A stretch of 64,000 bases of DNA, taken from NCBI GenBank assembly GCA_001179505.1, contig CDMY01000412.1, positions 1-64,000 on the forward strand, given 5' to 3'. The DNA is from Vitrella brassicaformis CCMP3155. Lineage: Eukaryota > Protista > Chromerida. The notes beneath the pieces were generated by a model. That model was given only the letters and a program-made list of their open reading frames with translations. It had not been told where the DNA came from and did no database searches. Position numbers and translations under genes: made by a program. Below are positions 60,262 through 64,000 of this stretch, in pieces (the stretch's first letter is position 1; each line of letters begins with the position of its first letter).

Positions 60262-61182
60262 GAGAGAGAGAGACACAGGGCAGATGCAGCCATTGACCTC
60301 CCTCCTTCTCTCTCTCTGTCCGTGTAGGTGAGTGAGTTGTCTGACGAGCTGATGCGTGTGCGTGAGGCTGAGTCCACACTCGCGGCGCAGCTCACCCACA
60401 CCAAACAGCAACTCAACCACACACACCACAAGTAAATGAGTGTCGCGTGTGTGTCGTGTTTGTATGAGAGCAGCACAGCACAATGTGTGTGTGTGCAGGT
60501 ATGAGTCGGTGTGTGTGGAGGTGTCTCGCTGCCGTGACGCCATCAAGCAGAGAGACGCCGACATGCGAGCACGCGAGCAGCAACACGCACAGCAGCTGCA
60601 GGCAAGTCGCTCAGACACACAGAACACAGGCACACAGGCAGGCAGGCAGCCATCGATGGATGGAAGGATGGATCACGTGTGTGTGCGTGAATCAGGATCG
60701 TGATCGTGTGCATGCCGAGCAGCGTGATCAGTACGAAAAGTCGCTGCTCGACATGTCGGCCAAAATGACCTCTTGGTAGACATACACACACACACACACA
60801 GGGAGAGGCAGATCGACAGGCAGCAGTGGCTGTGTTTGTGTTGTGTGTGCAGCAACTCTGATGTCATCAAGAAGCGATGCAATGCCCTCAAGGCACACCA
60901 CACCCAACACACGCATAGACCGACCAGCGCATGAATGCTTGTGTGTGCACGTGTCATGTGTCCATCAGGTTGAGTTGGACGACAGGAAACGCAGATTGGA
61001 TGTGGCCGAGACGGACAATGAGCGACTCAAGAAGCGGTCAGGATGGAGAAAGCAAATGGATGGATGGATGGATGGAGAAATGTGTGTGTGAGTACACGGT
61101 ATGCAGTTTGAAGGATTTGGAGGGCCTGTGCCGTACGAAGGGCATCAACATGCTCAACACAGCCGGCTTCGGGGGACGGTGA
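59781..61182 (+). CDS. Coiled-coil protein of unknown function (about 9 exons)
   Basis: Heptad exons such as VDELHASFIAARRRCDELQKQIRE, LHDQLTQRDRQMANLNKQH and VELDDRKRRLDVAETDNERLKKR. Confidence 0.75.
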
Positions 61183-61345
61183 TGCCAGAGTGTGATGTGT
61201 ACGGACAGACAAAACACAACGCGCACTTTGCGTGACAGCCAGACAGATCTATACCAACACGCTCACCACACACACAGGCGGCGGCGGGGGACGGTGATGC
61301 CAGAGTGTGATATGTACTGTATGGACACACACACAACGCACACAG
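61166..61345 (+). repeat. Short diverged tandem duplication at the 3' end of the coiled-coil gene
   Basis: gggggacggtgatgccagagtgtgat occurs near 61171 and again near 61287, with similar flanks. Confidence 0.8.
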
Positions 61346-61595
61346 TAACACAGACACGCGAGACAGCGAGACAGACACACGAGTAATGTTCATCCATGGA
61401 CGGACAGACGGACAGTGTTGAAATCGCAACGTGTCTGTGAATGGGTGAATGAGTGACAGAGACCTCTTCTACTTGAGGCTTCAGGATGCATTCAGTGAAC
61501 AATCGTCCACCACAAAGCCCTCCACAAAATACACGCCTTCATGGGCCAGACAGCACAGCACCACATAGCGAAGCCCTTACGACACGCCCGCCTCG

Positions 61596-63079
61596 CTAAT
61601 GCATTGGGGCTCCAGCAGTGGCGTTGCCGTGCGTGGTGTTGAATTCCATGCCGGGCGCGGCCAAGGAGTTTTCGCCGAGGCAGTTGGTGACGTTGTAGAC
61701 CTTCTCGTTGGCCTCTCTGAGGGTGGTGCCGTTCTCAGCCTCGCACGTCATGCTCTGGAACTTGTACCCGCCTGCTCGCACGGAGGAAGGGGCCAAGTAA
61801 GGGAACGAGAAGCTTTCTTTGCTTAACAATCGTGTCATTTTACCTTGGTCTGGGCCGCAGCACAGCCCTCCACAGTCCTCGGTTTTCTTGCACGAGTGCA
61901 GGCTGCCGTCGTCATGCTTGAAGCAGCGGTACTTTAACCTGCCGGTGACTCCAGGCGCATCAGTCATCATGCAGTAGCACGCCCCTGAACACATGGCACA
62001 CCGCAGCCAACCAAGAGGGAGAGAGCGCTCTTCTGTTGTCCCTCTGCCTCACTTGGCCCCTTCCATGCGTGTGTCTCGTTTGTGGCATTTGCCCCTCTGC
62101 CAGCTGGTGTGTCGTCGTGTGGCTGGATGTAGCGGGCTGACACCTCCCCAAAGCTGGGGGCTATCGAGTTGAGGGCCGCACCCTCCTTCGCCTGCGCCTC
62201 CTGGCTCACGTCGGGGCGCATGTGCACAGGCTTGAACAGATGCTTAAAGACACCAATGCTGTGCTCATAAGCTGAGAAACCCACACACATACAGATACAT
62301 GAACGCATAGATATTGTCGGATTGTGCATGTGCGTGGCCGCTGTCAATGAAGCTCTCAGTCTCCTTGATTGGCTGGAGGAAGCCGGTGCCGAGAACGCCC
62401 CGTCTCGGCTTCTGGATCTTGGGGACAGGAGATGTCTCGTTGGAGTCGGTGGCCGCTGTCTCATTCAAAGCTGCTGTGGAGGCAACGGGGCCTTTCAGCT
62501 GCATGAAATCATCAAGAAGAGAGAACACCCGCCATTTGCCTGCTCTTCCTCCTGCGCACCATTGTCTTGAGGGCTCGTTGGTTCTCAGGTTGCTTCAGAG
62601 AGGAGAGAGCAGTGCTGATTCCACCAAATGGTGTGATGCGGGCTTCGGATGGGCGGCGGTCGTCCTCTATGTAGCCCTCCTTAGTGCCGACGGGCAAGGC
62701 ATCGCGAGGCTCGGGAACCTTGTCCGATATCTTGCTGTCATCATCATAATCGGTGGACTTGGCGGCGACATCATCACCTTCAGAGGTGCTGTCAGCTGCG
62801 GTAGTGTTTGCAGTGTCGGCACTCTCGGCCAGCCCTGCAGCAGTGTCGTTCAGGGCCTCGTCAGCTGCCGCACTGGGGCCCTGCATGATTGGACACACAC
62901 AGGCACAGACACGCACACACACCGGGAAATGGGGACCATTGCAAAACAATCTGTGAGCTGTGCACCTCCTTCGGCTGAAGCACAACTGCGTGTGAACGCC
63001 CCGCGCGTGCCACGCGGAATGCAGCGGAGGCCAATGTCGCCAGGAGGACGATGAGGCGCATGGAGAAGGGCACCTTCAT
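61596..63079 (-). CDS. Secreted glycoprotein-like protein with a Cys-rich module
   Basis: Signal MKVPFSMRLIVLLATLASAAF. Ala/Thr/Asp-rich region with N-x-S/T sequons (NDT, NTT, NET, NGT, NVT, NAT). Cys cluster C..ACYCM...YRCF....SCKKTEDCGGLCCGP. Confidence 0.7.
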
Positions 63080-63277
63080 CTGCCGATGACGGACGGAGAG
63101 AATACGGCTCGTTAGATTTCGAGGAAAGGGGCAGAGGGGAGAGGTGGGGGCAAAAAGGTCGCGGGGCCAGGGTAAATTTTTTTGGGAAGAGATAATTGAC
63201 AGATGGCATCCATGCACTCGCTTGTCCAAATCGCCTCCATGAATCTATCCACATATGCCTATGCACAAAGGGCACGC

Positions 63278-63565
63278 TCACTCATCCGATGAGAACACCC
63301 CAGCCCCGTCCATCGCCCCAACACCACGCCATGACTGCCTCCCGCCCCTCAAACACAGGCTAGCAGCCCGCACCAATGCAACGGACAAACGAGCACGCAG
63401 CCACCCATGCACCCGCCCTCGCCCCCTATCTGACCACCCCTGCCTCGTCAACAGCTGCTCAGTCAAGCGGGTGAAGAAGTGCTCCGCCTCCCTCCCCCAC
63501 ACCCCATCGACGGTGACGACCAGAGGGGTGAAGGTCATGGACCAGGCCAGGGTAAATTTCGTCGT
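63278..63565 (-). mobile_element. 5'-truncated fragment of a non-LTR retrotransposon (CRE-like, restriction-like endonuclease C-terminus)
   Basis: FTPLVVTVDGVWGREAEHFFTRL...W...V.GWLRARLSVALVRAASLCLRGGR matches the C-terminal motif FxPxVxSxDG..GxEA..LxxRL...W...VxGxxxARxSxAxVRAxxLCLRGSR of such elements. No RT domain is present. Confidence 0.7.
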
Positions 63566-64000
63566 TCTGACATGCGATCTGGACAGTGATTCTTGAGAGT
63601 CGCATGTATGTATGACATACAGGGGTAACGACGATGGCAGCGGCTTCCCACTCACTCAGATGCTACATCCTCCAATACTCGTCCTGCCTGTCCATATCTC
63701 TGTCTGTCAGTGTGTCTGTGCGTGTGCTATGCTACAAGCCCGTCTGTGTGCAAGACGCAAAGAGACATAGCAAACGCCGCACAGCGGAAGAGAAACAGAC
63801 AGACAGACAGACAGACGAGGAAACTGACTGACAGTGAGGAATGCATACATTTGTGCGACAAATCACTTTCCTGCTGATGAGCATGACTGTCTGCATGAAA
63901 GTCCAGTCGTGCACACATACACACACATCAACGAACAGTAGAGCAGTGCTGTGTGTTTGGATGTGTGGATGTACACCACACACACACACACACTCACACA

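Noticed and set aside
2100-63990. Numerous ORFs rich in CV/HT/TH repeats in the ORF track
   Set aside because: These are translations of intronic (GT/CA)n microsatellites or antisense shadows of real exons.

Overview
Eukaryotic nuclear DNA with GC-rich, intron-dense genes. Most introns are GT-AG and carry (GT/CA)n, (GATG)n or (GACA)n microsatellites, and several genes have signal-plus-transit plastid leaders. This fits a chromerid alga such as Vitrella brassicaformis (inference only). There are two assembly gaps (12516-12816, 44872-45171). I assembled about 19 genes by manually splicing ORF fragments. Recognisable genes: plastid uS15, cytosolic RPS15, strawberry-notch helicase, syntaxin-16, an ATG11-like scaffold, ankyrin, MORN and RING proteins, and probable plastid bS21-like and ClpS-like proteins. 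Transposon remnants are also present. The best candidate for a new system is the trio at 4.6-13.0 kb: a VioC/AsnO-type Fe(II)/2OG hydroxylase, head-to-head with a protein carrying the phage thymine-hypermodification 5-hmdU-kinase helical (aGPT-Pplase1) domain, which is tail-to-tail with a divergent family-6-like uracil-DNA-glycosylase-superfamily enzyme. All family assignments come from motif recognition by eye; no database search was run. Head-to-head pairs of unrelated genes are common in this window, so the clustering could be coincidental.
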